From Eledone cirrhosa (taxonomy: Eukaryota): a stretch of 64,000 nucleotides of DNA. Positions 1 through 16,035 of the stretch are shown piece by piece. The notes under the pieces are model-generated. The model worked only from the letters and a program-made list of their open reading frames with translations. It ran no database searches and was not told where the DNA came from. The stretch is taken from the NCBI GenBank assembly GCA_964016885.1, contig OZ024740.1:283650001-283714000 (forward strand), in the 5' to 3' direction. Every line of letters starts with the position of its first letter. Within the stretch, counting starts at the first letter, position 1. The translations under genes and the position numbers were made by a program.

Positions 1-70
1 TCTCAGACCCACGTAGTCTTGGGTCTTGAGAACCCATCCAATCTAGCCTAGCATTGAAAGTAAATATTAG

Positions 71-210
71 ATGATGATGATGATGATGATGATGATGATA
101 TTGGTGGTGGTGGTGGTGGTGGTGGTGTTGGTGGTGGTGATGATAGTGATGGTGGTGGTGGTGGTGGTGATGATGATGATAACAATGATGATGATGATGA
201 TGATGATGAT
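71..210. repeat. (ATG)n/(GTG)n trinucleotide microsatellite
   Basis: Directly visible repeat tract; explains the poly-M/V ORF. Confidence 0.95.
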
Positions 211-485
211 GGAAACGTCCCAGTTATTAAAGTACTGGGGCAATGCTAGAGGTCTGTGACCTCTGGTCTTCTTTCGGTGTTTTGGTTATATTTTCACGTG
301 AATTATATTTATTTCTATTTTTCGCTTGTCACTATTTATATCGCATGGCCTAGTTCTGTTGTTTTTTTGTTGACTTTTAAACTAGTATTGTTACAATTGC
401 TTGAGTCGTTTTACAACAATATGATCTTCTGGTGTTTATATTTTTATCAATTCACACTAAATTGTGAATCAAACAATTGAGAAAT

Positions 486-680
486 CGGTGGATTGGCAGT
501 ATCGGTAGAGGGTCGAACGCCATGCTTTGACGCACGGAGTTACGGCCCTTGCCATTCTGAGTTCAAATCCCGCCGAGGTTAACTTTGCCTTTCGTCCTTA
601 CGGGGTCGATAAAATAAAGTACCAGTAATACACTGGGTAATTGCTGGTCTTGTGCCTAACGTAGAAACAATTATTATTAT
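486..680 (+). mobile_element. Abundant ~190 bp tRNA-type SINE (SINE-A), full copy
   Basis: A-box-like TGGCAGTATCGG, B-box-like GAGTTCAAATCC, core GAGGTTAACTTTGCCTTTC.TCCTTACGGGGTCGATAAAATAAAGTACCAG, (ATT)n tail. About 30 related copies in the window. Confidence 0.9.
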
Positions 681-701
681 TAGCCTCGTTACTATTGTTC
701 A

Positions 702-960
702 TTGTTGTTGTTGTTGTTCTTCTTCTTCTTCTTCTTCTTCTTCTTCTTTTTCCTCATCCCCCTCCTCCTCCTCCTCCTCCTCCTTCTTCTTCTTCTTCTT
801 CTTCTTCTCTTCTCCTCATCCTCATCCTCCTTCTTCTTCTCCTTCTTCTCCTTCTTCTTCCAAGAAAAAGACACACTATCCAGAGGTTCCTATCAAAAGC
901 AACTCTCTCCAAATGATCCTACTGGATACCTAAGCGAGGCTAGCCGAGCTCTTGACTTTT
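702..960 (-). mobile_element. Degenerate RTE-clade LINE 3' end with (TCT)n/(TCC)n tail
   Basis: 880-950 (agcaactctctccaaatgatcc...gctagccgagc) resembles the RTE fragment at 63440-63520, which has the same TCT tail. Confidence 0.5.
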
Positions 961-1228
961 ATCCTTCATTAAATCCCTGCAGTGTTAGAGCCGTTAAAAC
1001 GTCGGTCAAAATTCCTGATGGTATTTGCCCCAGATCTTTGAATTCTGAATCATCTTCGCCTTTTATCCTTCCTAAGTTAATAAATAAAGGATCAGTCAAG
1101 TACTGAGGTCTATTTGATCGAACTGTTCCACTTACCACAAATTCCTGTCCCTATATCTTCCAGAAAAGTGCCAGTTCAATCTCTGGTTTACTGACTTTGA
1201 TATTTTATAGCCTATTCATTTTGGATGA

Positions 1229-1518
1229 TTTTTCAAGATATTTTGTAAATTTTCGTTTACTAACTTTTGGTACAAAAGAACTGTAATTTCTTTAAGTTAT
1301 CACAAAATTCTATCGACACGATCGTTTCTCAAGATATTTTGTAAACTTTTGTTTACTAACTTTTGCACAAAAGAACTAATTTCTTTAAGTTATCACAAAA
1401 TTCTATAGACACGATCGTTCCCAAGATATTTTGTAGATTTGTGTTTACTAATTTTTTGTACAAAAGAACTGTAAAATTACTAACTTTAAATTATCATAAA
1501 GTTCTATGGATACGATCT
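1229..1518. repeat. ~95 bp tandem repeat, 3 units
   Basis: caagatattttgta...tttactaa...caaaagaact...ttatca.aaa.ttctat.ga.acgatc recurs at ~1234, ~1330 and ~1422. Confidence 0.9.
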
Positions 1519-2509
1519 TTTTAGCAGTTTTTTGGGGCTTCTTCTCCCTAAAGGTCTTATTTAACAGAAAATTTGCAATAAACAATGACAGGAAATATTT
1601 CAAAAAATAATATTTTCCCACTCTAGGTGTTATGTTAGAAATAATTATTATTACTAATATTACTACTTACTACAACTTACAACGTGACACTCCACTAAGA
1701 GGATCGAAGACTACTATTTACTACAACTGAACACATGACCGAAAACTGGTTCGTGTAACATTCCTTACAGTAACAGGTATTGTTTCTTATTCTCGTGTCA
1801 AACTTTTAGTGCTGAAGATAAAAATACAGAATAGCAGACCTGCCAACCTCTAAAAACCCAAACGGGGAGTACTATGAAATGAGGCAAAATGGAAAGATTT
1901 TACATAAAGTAAGCTATACCCATTTTCACAAGAGAAAACATCTCTCACCCACCCCAAAGTGGGTGGGAGATCTCCCCGTCGGACGGGGAGAGTTTTAAAA
2001 GATCTGGAATAGGTAGGATTAAACCAAAACAAAGTTAGTGGTGTTAACCAACCTAACAGCAGAGCCTCTACATAGGCACTCGTCATGGTGGATATAGTAG
2101 TCAACTTTTCCACCGAAGACCATATTATTCAATATGAGGCTCCCATGATAAAAACGGAACATATTGAATTATGGAGTCGTCGATAAACGTTGTCCCGAAA
2201 AGAAATTTGCTCACAAATTAATCTGCTAAATCATGTCTGACTTGAGGCAAAACAACAACAACCACAACAACACCATAAACCAAAACACCGACAATAACCA
2301 CGTCAACAAACATAGCAACTACAACAAGATCAACAGCATCCTCAACATCAGTGACATCATCAACAACAACAATAACAACGTTATCAAAATAGCAACAACA
2401 GCAACAATCGACCAGTTAAAAAAGACTATTCTAATTTGACTGAAATTCGTTAAAGATGTTTAGGCACTGAGTTAGGCACTGTTGCTGTTGTTGTTATTAT
2501 AATTTATGT

Positions 2510-3010
2510 ACCTCCGTCGGTTTCGACGAAGAGTGCTTCAGTTGTTCGGTCAACGTTACTGCCTGCTTAGGAAATTAATTGTTTCTATTTTTGGCACAAG
2601 GCCAGCAATTACCCCACTACATTACTGGTACTTTATTTTATCGATCCCGTAAGAATGAAAGGCAAAGTTAACCTCGGCGGGATTTGAACTCAGATCATAA
2701 AGGGGCGTAACTCTATGTTGTAAAGCATGGCGTCCGAACCTCTACTGATACTGCCAATCCACCGCAGGTAATTAATGTGTAAGCAATTGATCATTCCAAC
2801 ACATCTGAACCTTTAACATAGTTCTGAAGGAAATTCCGTGTAGCCCTGTATGCGACAAAGATGGTCTTTAGAAATACATGTACAGCACATTTTTTTCCAC
2901 CTGAGTTGACTGAACCAACGTAGACATACAGCTCCTTGCTGGAGGACATAACGAGCCACTGAGAATCGAAGTCGTGATCTTACAATCGTAAGCCTACTCA
3001 CTAAGCCTTC
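2510..3010 (-). mobile_element. Older tRNA-derived SINE (SINE-B) interrupted by a SINE-A copy at ~2578-2768
   Basis: ctccgtcggtttcgacg... is the reverse complement of the 3' end of the SINE-B at 11215-11530; a minus-strand SINE-A is nested inside. Confidence 0.75.
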
Positions 3011-3194
3011 ACACTTATCACTATACAACTAAGAATGTACATGTGCAAATCTAAACTATAATATATATAATAGCACTACAAGTTGAAACATTTACAAAAG
3101 TATATAAAAAGCAAATGAACACCATCTGCTAAGTTTGTTTACATTGGAAGAGCTCAAGCGTAAACGAGCGTAGGTGTGCGTAAACACAAACACA

Positions 3195-3233
<39 letters not shown>

Positions 3234-3265
3234 ATACACACACGCGCACACCCACACACATACAC

Positions 3266-3302
<37 letters not shown>

Positions 3303-3678
3303 TACATACACACAAATATACGCACATGCACATAAGCATCATACACACTCACAATCACACATACACACACACAAGAAACATATTCATATACGCAAGGGCA
3401 TGCACACACACACACACCAATAAAAACATACAAAGAAAATAAGAAACACAACCACATTACTATAATAGGAGTTACGTACATAGAGAACACTTTTGCCAAC
3501 TTGTTTAACAGTGTGCAAGAAATAACAACCCACTGACTGATACATATATTCAAATACACACACACACACACACATACACACACACATACATACACACACA
3601 GACATACACCCACACACATATACACACACACACGAAATACAAAAAGTATTATAAAGTTCCCTAAAATTGCCACACACA

Positions 3679-3872
3679 GGCGGTGGATTGGCAGTATGGG
3701 TAGAGGGTCGGACGCCATGCTTTGCAGCCAGCAAAGAGTTACTTCCCTTTACGGACTGAGTTCAAATCCCGCCGAGGTTAACTTTACCTTTCATCCTTAC
3801 GGGGTCGATAAAATAAAGTACCAGTAATACACTGGGATAATTGCTGGCCTTGTGCCAAAAGTAGAAACAATT
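3679..3872 (+). mobile_element. SINE-A full copy
   Basis: Same head, core and tail as 486-680. Confidence 0.9.
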
Positions 3873-3909
3873 ATATAGATATATATATATATAATGTATC
3901 CCTACTCTC

Positions 3910-3937
3910 CTGATGAAGGGCTTATGCCCGAAACGTC
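3910..3937 (+). ncRNA. Minimal hammerhead ribozyme core (Penelope-type); stem I not evident
   Basis: CTGATGA-a-GGGC-ttat-GCCC-GAAAC-GTC: both conserved boxes and a perfect stem II; the element is flanked by (TA)n. Confidence 0.6.
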
Positions 3938-4019
3938 GCACCCACACACCCCATTCTCACTAAGCGTCAACCTAATACCATTTGTAACTTGTACTCCTGC
4001 GTTGTTGTTGTTTTTTATA

Positions 4020-4081
<62 letters not shown>

Positions 4082-4083
4082 CA

Positions 4084-4221
<138 letters not shown>

Positions 4222-4245
4222 TATATATATATACGTATATATATA

Positions 4246-4446
4246 TAGGAAAATGTTTAACCCCGACGAACGACAGAGCTCAAGCTGTTTCGACGACTAT
4301 TTCTGGACAGTCCAGAAATAGCCGTCGAAACAGCTTGAGCTCTGTCGTCGGGGTTAAACATTTTCCTATTACGTACTCTACTACCCTAAGTATTGAGTAC
4401 TCTGGTGCGTTATGGTCCATCTGTTCCTTACCACACCTCCTTCGTT
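4246..4446 (+). mobile_element. Penelope-like fold-back element, family A (palindrome 4246-4368 plus tail)
   Basis: ~60 bp inverted arms centred on 4309; hammerhead 3' half GAAACAGC..GTCGTC; tail ctctactaccctaagTATTGAGTACtct; preceded by (TA)n. Confidence 0.75.
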
Positions 4447-4929
4447 ATATATCATCATCATCATCTTCATCATCATCATTTTAAGTCCGCTTTCCATGAT
4501 ATCATAGATTGGACGGATTGTCACGGTCCGATACTAGATGGGTGGGAGGAATCAGTCCTGCTTATTCCTTTTAATATTTGGCATGGTTTTCTACGAATGG
4601 ATGAAACCCTTACTAAAGCTAACCATCTTATTCGGTGTGATGAATCGGCTTTTTGTGATTCCACCACTAACACATTACAGAGTGGGCTAAACGCATTTTA
4701 TCGTAGTTACAGAATTAGAGAAGTTTTCATATGCTAAATTACACTGATGTGTCCCCTGAAACCTTACATATATCCGTTGAATTGCCAAAATACTGTAGCC
4801 TCCAGTTTCTGGCCACGTTTTCATTTAGTGCTGTAGTGCTTCTACTGGTAGATGAATCTTTTGTGTTATGGCTTATCGCCAGTCATCTTGGTCACGTGTC
4901 ATTCGTAGGGTTTAGTGTATTTAGGTCAT

Positions 4930-5066
4930 TCTTCACGACTTTTTCGCCTCTTGGTCTCCTTCTTTCACAAGTTCCATCCCCTCCAGCGCGCCCGCTACTT
5001 TCTTGAGCAAGTCACACTCTCCTTAGGCATCACATACCTATAGCAGCGCAGTCGTCTCTCCCCCCC

Positions 5067-5108
<42 letters not shown>

Positions 5109-5135
5109 CTATCTCTCTCTTTCTCTCTCTTTCTT

Positions 5136-5171
<36 letters not shown>

Positions 5172-5177
5172 ACTCTT

Positions 5178-5268
<91 letters not shown>

Positions 5269-5580
5269 CACTACAGTCAAATCCTTTTATATTCAGCTGT
5301 TCTCTCTGTTCATTCACACAACCTAACATTACACATCCAGAGAAGCATACATGCCACATTTCTTTTTTAACCGCAGCAAATCTTCTGTACTGAAGTCCGA
5401 CGTCTCATTGCCTTGTAGCATTGCAGTTTGAACACATTCATCATATCATTTGCCCTTCACTCTGAGAGAGAATCCTTTCGTTGTCAGCAGAGCTGACAGC
5501 TACCTGAACTTCTTACAGACTGTTCTCACTCAGGCTATAACAATTTCGGAACATTTTTTTCACCTACATCGCAACACTTT
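4930..5580 (-). mobile_element. Degenerate RTE-like LINE fragment interrupted by (CT)n
   Basis: Similarity by eye to 18215-18615 (for example acattacacatcca, ggtct.ct.ct). Confidence 0.45.
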
Positions 5581-5599
5581 CTACCACTTCGAATATATA

Positions 5600-5664
<65 letters not shown>

Positions 5665-5817
5665 CTCTAAGATGGCCTACTGAATAGGCTCGTGTTTTTT
5701 CTCATTTGGTTTCCCGTTCCTTCCTTATTTTAAGCGCTAAACTAACATATTTCTTCATTGTACTCTGTCGTTTGCTTTGTTATTTCTGTATACTTTTTAC
5801 ACACACACACACACACA

Positions 5818-5893
<76 letters not shown>

Positions 5894-6037
5894 CGCTCTC
5901 ACTCTCTCTCTCTCTCTCTCTGTCTCTCTGTCTCCCTCTGTCTCTTTCTGTCTCTGTCTCTCACACACACACACACACACACACACAGGCGCTATATATA
6001 TGTGTGTGTGGGTGTGTGTGTGTGGGTGTGTGTGTGT

Positions 6038-6136
<99 letters not shown>

Positions 6137-6369
6137 GTGGCAGACATAATCCGCCTTAACTCGGTGATTTATCGGTGTCCACATTATTCCAGACATTTAA
6201 ACCAGGTCGCCGGTTTGAGAATAACTTCCTTTTTTCTTCTTTTTTCTCTTCCAACAGTCTAACAGTCTAAAAATAACTAAGACATGGCTTGATAATTACC
6301 ATTTCCTACTGGATAAACGATACAAAATGTGTATATAAACATACACAGGCACACTCACACACAGACACA

Positions 6370-6436
<67 letters not shown>

Positions 6437-6439
6437 TGC

Positions 6440-6770
6440 TGCACGTCCGTCGGTTTCGACAACGAATGTTCCAGCTGCTTGAACAAAGAAAGGAAATGTT
6501 CGCGAAATTTATATGCAGTGGCTGAACATTCTACAGCCTCATGTGCTCTTAACGTGGTTCTCGGGGAGATTTAACGTGACACATAGTTTGACAGTGTAGG
6601 CACTTTGAATTACATTTAAAACACTTTCTTTTTTTTCTGTTATTTACTGAACTAGAGTAACATGAAATAAAGCCACTTCCCCAAAGCCACAATGTATCTG
6701 TCCGTAATCGAACTCATAATCTTACAATCGTGATCTAAACACCCTAACCACTAAACATGTACCTTTGACA
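6440..6770 (-). mobile_element. SINE-B copy
   Basis: tccgtcggtttcgac...cttaacgtggttctcggggagatt...cctaaccacta is the reverse complement of the 11215-11530 family. Confidence 0.7.
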
Positions 6771-6799
6771 TACAGAACAAATATTATCATTCACGTTAG

Positions 6800-6990
6800 G
6801 GCGGTGGATTGGCAGTATCGGTAGAGGGTCGGACGCCATGCTTTCCAGCATAGTTACGTCCCTTTACGATCTGAGTTCAAATCCCGCCGAGGTTGACTTT
6901 GCCTTTCATCCTTACGGGGTCAATAAAATAAAGTACCAGTAATGCACTGGGTAATTGCTGGCCTTGTGCCTAAAGTAGAAACAGTTATTT
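6800..6990 (+). mobile_element. SINE-A full copy
   Basis: Family consensus match. Confidence 0.9.
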
Positions 6991-7158
6991 AAATCAGACC
7001 CATTGTCATAATGTTCTCTACTCAAATGAATGTAATGTTCCCATGCGCCACTGTGCTAGAATATTCATAAGGTATTATTTAGATAAACTCTAGAAGAATT
7101 TAGCTAATGTTATTGAATCCCACATGATTTTGCTTCAAACTTTTATTACGCTTGACTT

Positions 7159-7244
<86 letters not shown>

Positions 7245-7296
7245 CGCGCGTCCACTTTACGCGTGTGTATGTGTGTCAGCGTATATATATATATAC

Positions 7297-7358
<62 letters not shown>

Positions 7359-7422
7359 TAAAATAACAGATTAAAGTTTAAGCAAAGAATCGCTGCTTTT
7401 ACCCTTAACGGGATCTTATTAT

Positions 7423-7474
<52 letters not shown>

Positions 7475-7615
7475 ACCTTAACATAGTATATATGAAGGAG
7501 CAAAACGTGAAATAAAGTGTCTTGCTCAAGGACGCAACCTATCACCCGGTCCGAGAATTGAACTCACAACATCACGATTGTAAATCTAATTCTCTAACTA
7601 GTAAACCACGTGCCT

Positions 7616-8062
7616 TCACATACATGCATACATACATACGTACGTACATACATACGTACGTACATTCATACATAGGTACATACATATAGACAGACAAAAC
7701 ACACATACATACGTATATACACATTCATATACACACACATACATACATACATACATACATACATACATACATACATACATACATACATACATACATACAT
7801 ACGTGCATACATACATACATACATACATACAAACATACATACATGCATGCATGCATACATACATACATACATACATACATGCATACATACATACATACAT
7901 ACATACATACATACATACATACATACATACATACATACATACATACATGCATGCATGCATGCATGCATACATACATACATACATACATACATACATACAT
8001 ACATACATACATACATACATACATACATACATACATACATACACACATACACACATACATAT
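7616..8062. repeat. (TACA)n tetranucleotide array
   Basis: Directly visible. Confidence 0.95.
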
Positions 8063-9482
8063 GATAAAGAGAAAATTAAATACGACGCCACGTTTGAAAA
8101 ATATCTTTCTGAACCAATGATTTTAGCATTTAATTGCTTTACTAACATTATAAATATTCACATTTTCGATAGAAAGAGATAGTATTAAAATATCGACTGT
8201 CTGTCTGTGTTGGTAGTCATATATATCTTTATTAGTAGCTGTGGCACCGATAAACAATGTAGTTGTAGTTGTTTTAGTGGCCATGTTGTTGTCATATAAT
8301 TATTTCTATGTTTTTAAATAATTTTCCTTATCAGATTGCCAATAACGATACTGTTGTTGCTGTTGCTGCTGTTGTTGTTGCTGTTGTAGTTGATGTTTCT
8401 GCTGTGGATGTTGGTGTTGTTGTTTCTGTGTTTTACTGGATAAGTCACTTTTTTTTTTAAAACTTGCTTTATCGAGTAACCAGCCAACTGAAACAAGCTG
8501 GAAAACTTTTTAGTCATCGTTGCTGATGTCACGATGATAACGATGATGATGATTATTAATGTTGCCACGACTTATAACTGTAAAACACTTAGCAAAAGAG
8601 AGTGACTTAACAGAAGAGAATTGCAAAACTAAATGACAGGGAATGAACGTAAAGAGAAAAGTAAGAAGAAAATAGAACAATGGATTAAATGAAAGATTAT
8701 ATATATATATATGGGAAGGTAAATGGAAACGACAACTTACAAATTTTATCTGGCGTCTGTGGCTTCCACCAATTTAATTAAATGGAGCAAGCAGAAGTGT
8801 TTATCTTCAGCTAAACTACTGTCTGGAGTCTAATTAGGAATGTAATTGAAGAGAAAAATGAGCAAATGGAACAAGAAAAGCATTAGAACCGGATATGAAA
8901 CGAAATTAGGGATGAGAAATTGATAAAGATATGTCAGGTAAACACGGTAGCTCTGTTCTTACTAACTCTCGCTTTATATAAACATAGAAACTTACGCGAG
9001 CATACACATATATATATATATAGATATATGTGTCTTTGTGAGTGTGAGTGTGTGTGTATATATATATATATATATGTGTGTATATACATACATACATACA
9101 TACATACATACATACATACATACATACATACATACATACATACATACATACATACATACACACACAGACACAGACACGGACAAAGACACACTCACAGAGA
9201 GAGAGAGAGAGAGAGAGAGAGAACTGGGTTAACTCCGACATAAAACCTGCGGCTCAGTAGTTACCGATGATGTTGATCTTTTCTCCTTTTCAGGTTATAG
9301 CTACTGTCGCTCAGGGAGTGGGATTGGCTCAGTGCACAGTCTTTCCTCACTCTTAAAAATAATCTTCACGCCCAGGTATTGCACGATAGAATTAATTAAT
9401 AATCATTAATAATGTTATATCGTGCAATGGGCATACTTGATAACGAATGGCATCCATCATCTATATATATGTGTGTGTGTGT

Positions 9483-9611
<129 letters not shown>

Positions 9612-9661
9612 TTGTAGGAAAACAAAACGCCGAGAAATATAAGTTAAATGTGTGTGCATGG

Positions 9662-9711
<50 letters not shown>

Positions 9712-9924
9712 GTATATGCAGGTATATTTGCTTGTGGTTGTGAGTGTGTGCGCGTATATGTAAGTGCGTGCACGCGTGTTTATGTAAAATTTCTTATGAA
9801 CTAGAATAAAACATTGTATATTAAATCATATCAATTATTTGACTTATACAACTCTAATTTCTTTTTCTTTTTTCTGAATTTTTATATGCAGTTTTATATG
9901 TTTATGTTATTATGGAAGAGGCTA

Positions 9925-10500
9925 TGTAGCCGGTTCCGGTATAATAGACTCCCGGGCTATTTAGCCGGTAAGAGTGTCAGACGCCATGAGTTGCGGCCCG
10001 AGTTAAGACGATTAAGATAATTTGAAATCCACCATCCATTGTTAAAAAGCAAGTTTAAATCATTTAGTCATCACCTTATTATAATTCTGCTTGTGTTTCG
10101 TCCATTCGTAACGTCCGTTACGCTTTAGTTACATACACACACATCTACTGAGTTCCATGGTTGAAGAATTTTAGCAGAGTCAAATATTATTTAAATTAAG
10201 AATTTTAGCAGAAAGTCATGACCTGGGTTAAAGATAGTAGTGACTGCCTGGGTTCTAAAACACTACTTATTATTTAAATCCTGCTGAGGTTAACTTTGCC
10301 TTTCATCCTTATGGGGGTCGATGAAATAAAGTACCAGTAATACACTGGGATAATTCCTGACCTTGTGCCAAAAGTAGAAACAATTATTTAGCAGTAAAAT
10401 AAGCTTCCGGGACCCCCCGGCAAGATTTGCGTCCCTTTAGGGTTTACCGGTTAAATAAGCTTTAAAAACATGTTTGTTTATTTTACCGGGACCGGCTACG
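9925..10500. mobile_element. Non-autonomous DNA transposon with ~22 bp TIRs and TA flanks; partial SINE-A inside (~10275-10390)
   Basis: Left tgtagccggttccggtataata versus reverse complement of the right end, cgtagccggtcccggtaaaata; TA at 9923-9924 and 10501-10502. Confidence 0.75.
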
Positions 10501-10699
10501 TATTCTATTCCTTTCATTATATGAAGAATATACTGGGTCTGATTTATTGTAATACTCGTCGTTAGATTTTCCAGCCAACGGCATTAGAAGCTCTGCACCA
10601 AGTAATGACAGACTTCCGCTGTATTACGATATATAATGTTTCTGTTATTTGATCTACCGAGCAATCAACTCGTGTAACTAGATGAGTATTACAGATACG

Positions 10700-11200
10700 G
10701 CATCATCACCATCATCATCATCATTATCATCATCACCGTTTTACATCCATTCGTCCACGCTAGCATGAGTTAGATGAGTTGTCCTGTTGTGGGCAATGCC
10801 AGGTCAGGTGACCATGTCTTGCCCATACGGGAACTGATTTTGGCTTGATTTCTACAGCTGGATGTCCTTCCTAACACCAACCTCATTTACAGTACTGGGT
10901 GCTTTTATATACCATGGCACCTACACGACCACTTTACAGTGTGGACTGGGTGATTTTTTTGTCGTGACACCTCCATCTGTAGAATCTCCATCAGGAGATT
11001 CAACGTTACAGAGTTTATGTGAAAACTGGCCCTGTGAATTACAGGTACTCTCCATTCAAAACCGTTTTCGCATAGTCACAAGGCTTGTGTGGACCTAATA
11101 CTATGGTAAAGTTACTTGCCTAAGATGCAACGTTGTAGATTGAACCCAGAACCTTATAATTGTAAGCGAACTTTTCAACCGTTTCGCCATCCTTGCGTCA
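10700..11200 (-). mobile_element. SINE with (ATG)n RTE-type tail (degenerate); relatives at ~4451-4720 and ~16560-16800
   Basis: (CAT)n tail followed by a shared tttctac..ctggatg.cctt motif; tRNA-like head on the minus strand near 11110-11195. Confidence 0.55.
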
Positions 11201-11214
11201 TTTTATGCAGGTGT

Positions 11215-11530
11215 AGCTGGAATTGGGGTTAAGGAATTCGGCTCACGATCGTAAGGTCGTTAATTCGATTCCCAGCGGCGTGCTGTGTTCTTGAACAAGA
11301 CACTTTATTTCACATTGCTCCAGTACACTCAGCTGGCAAGAATGAATTATACCTGTCATTCGAAGGGCCAGCTTTGTCACATTGTGTGTCACGCCAAATC
11401 TCCCTGAGAACTACGTTAAGAGTACGCGTGTTTGAGGAATGCTCAGTCACTTACACGTTCATTTCACGAGTATGCTGTTCCGTTGAATGGATCAACTGGA
11501 ACACTCCTCATCGTAACCGACGGAGTGCCT
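11215..11530 (+). mobile_element. SINE-B, tRNA-derived, near full length
   Basis: tRNA-like head (ggttaag...ttcgattccc), gt.cttga.caagacact domain, end cgtaaccgacggag. Relatives at ~7500-7615, ~43530-43760 and ~44380-44650. Confidence 0.75.
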
Positions 11531-11773
11531 TCCATTCCATATATTGCATTGATTAATATTCCTTGCTTAGATGAAGCACCCATAGACGCACACGGACACC
11601 GAAAACACAATCACAAGTAAACACACGGACAAGACACAAATACAGGAACAAATAGACACCACTCGTAAATATACAGACACTCACGAAAACACACGGAAAC
11701 CCACGGAAACACACGGAAACACACAGTCATATACATACACGTAATGTCAATCTACACAATAAAGTAAATAATT

Positions 11774-11957
11774 GTTTCTACTTTAGGCACAAGGCCAGCA
11801 ATTACCCAGTGCATTACTGGTACTTTATTTTATCGACCCCGTAAGGATGAAAGGCAAAATCAACCTCGGCGGGATTTGAACTCAGATCGTAAAGGGACGT
11901 AACTATGCTGGAAAGCATGGCGTCCGACCCTCTACCGATACTGCCAATCCACCGCCC
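11774..11957 (-). mobile_element. SINE-A with long target-site duplication
   Basis: ctacacaataaagtaaataatt at 11752-11773 and 11958-11979. Confidence 0.92.
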
Positions 11958-12660
11958 CTACACAATAAAGTAAATAATTATCAGAAAATAATAGACCAAA
12001 TGTAAATGTGTTTCCATAGCACGAGCAAGAGTAATAAATAGACAATTGTTTAATGATCGGTGTAAATAGATCGGTGCTATTGATTTTGATATGTCTAGCC
12101 CTCCAGAATATATAGCATCTGCGAATGTAACCTGTGACAGATGGTTCTGTCCTGTAACACCAATAAGCTAGAGATATGTATTTCTTCTATTGATATTTTT
12201 ATACAAATACACGCACGCACGCAAATATGGATCAATAAATATATAAGAAGGTTCATTTTCATTTATGCCGACATGTTTCGTGTGTATTACAGAAAACAGA
12301 TTATTAAACGCAATATGTAAATAAAGATATCAGTATCAAACTTAGAATTAGTTATCGTGAAATAATTGAAAATCAACAACTGAAACATTAAAATATTGAT
12401 GAGAATACATACACACACACACACACACACACCACACCACACACACACACACGCACACATATATATATATGATGGCTGCATCTCGGTTTCAAGAATTGTC
12501 ACCACTTGATCTCCCCTCACATTTGGATGACGAACATGACTTTGTATATTTATCTATATATATATATATATATATATGTGTTTGTATGTACGTATGTATG
12601 CATATACAGAAATAAAATGGGAGTATGAAAGAAACTATATGGAAAGATGGATGGAATATT

Positions 12661-12710
<50 letters not shown>

Positions 12711-12713
12711 CGC

Positions 12714-12835
<122 letters not shown>

Positions 12836-12850
12836 GTGTGTGTAAGATAT

Positions 12851-15565
<2,715 letters not shown>

Positions 15566-15949
15566 GTGTGTGTAAGATATGAAGGAAGGAAGCTTGTGTG
15601 GTCGAATGGAATTTGTATAGATGATGAGAGGAAATAATGAATGTAATGTCTGATTGGCCGTTTTGTTGACTGAGCAATGAAAATGAGCTGCTTTGTAAAG
15701 AAACGCAACAGAACGTGATTAGATGAATAGCAATCTAAACGGCTTAATGGCAGAACTATGCCGTGAAAAACCTATCAATGGTGGAAGCTCTTCCGGAAGT
15801 TGGTAATTTCATCGCTGCTGCTACTGCTACTGGACAGCAGTTTTTACATAGTTTGTGTGTTTACTGAATGTATAGGTAAGCATCTGCGTGTATGTATAAC
15901 TATTTATTACTGACATAAATGCTTCACAAAATGAAACCAAAGGACAATT

Positions 15950-16035
15950 AGTGACACACGGAAGAGCTGAACTCCCACTGTCATCACCTCCATCTCTCTC
16001 GCCTTCCCCATCCTTCTGTATTATGAGCAGGTGGT
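15950..16035 (-). mobile_element. 3' UTR fragment of the CRE-like LINE family
   Basis: acacggaagag..gaac..ccactgtcatc.cctcc.tctctc...ctgtattatgagca is shared with 25570-25650 and 44730-44810. Confidence 0.65.

Noticed and set aside
486-680. SINE heads as tRNA genes
   Set aside because: They have A/B boxes but no complete cloverleaf, and they continue into the SINE body.
1229-1518. CRISPR-like array (also 62065-62395)
   Set aside because: Eukaryotic context, no unique spacers and no cas genes; ordinary tandem repeats.
1690-2150. Hammerhead-like cac-taagagg...ccgaaaactggttcgtg and the 87-aa minus-strand ORF
   Set aside because: The first box lacks the conserved G and the ORF has no recognisable motif; at most a decayed relic.
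9294-9375. Candidate 82-nt exon (good acceptor, CAG|GTATTG donor)
   Set aside because: Splice-like signals only; the open frame has no recognisable similarity and cannot be supported without transcripts.
12255-12295. Minus-strand GAAACATGTC hammerhead 3' half
   Set aside because: No CTGANGA box or stems nearby; too short to call.
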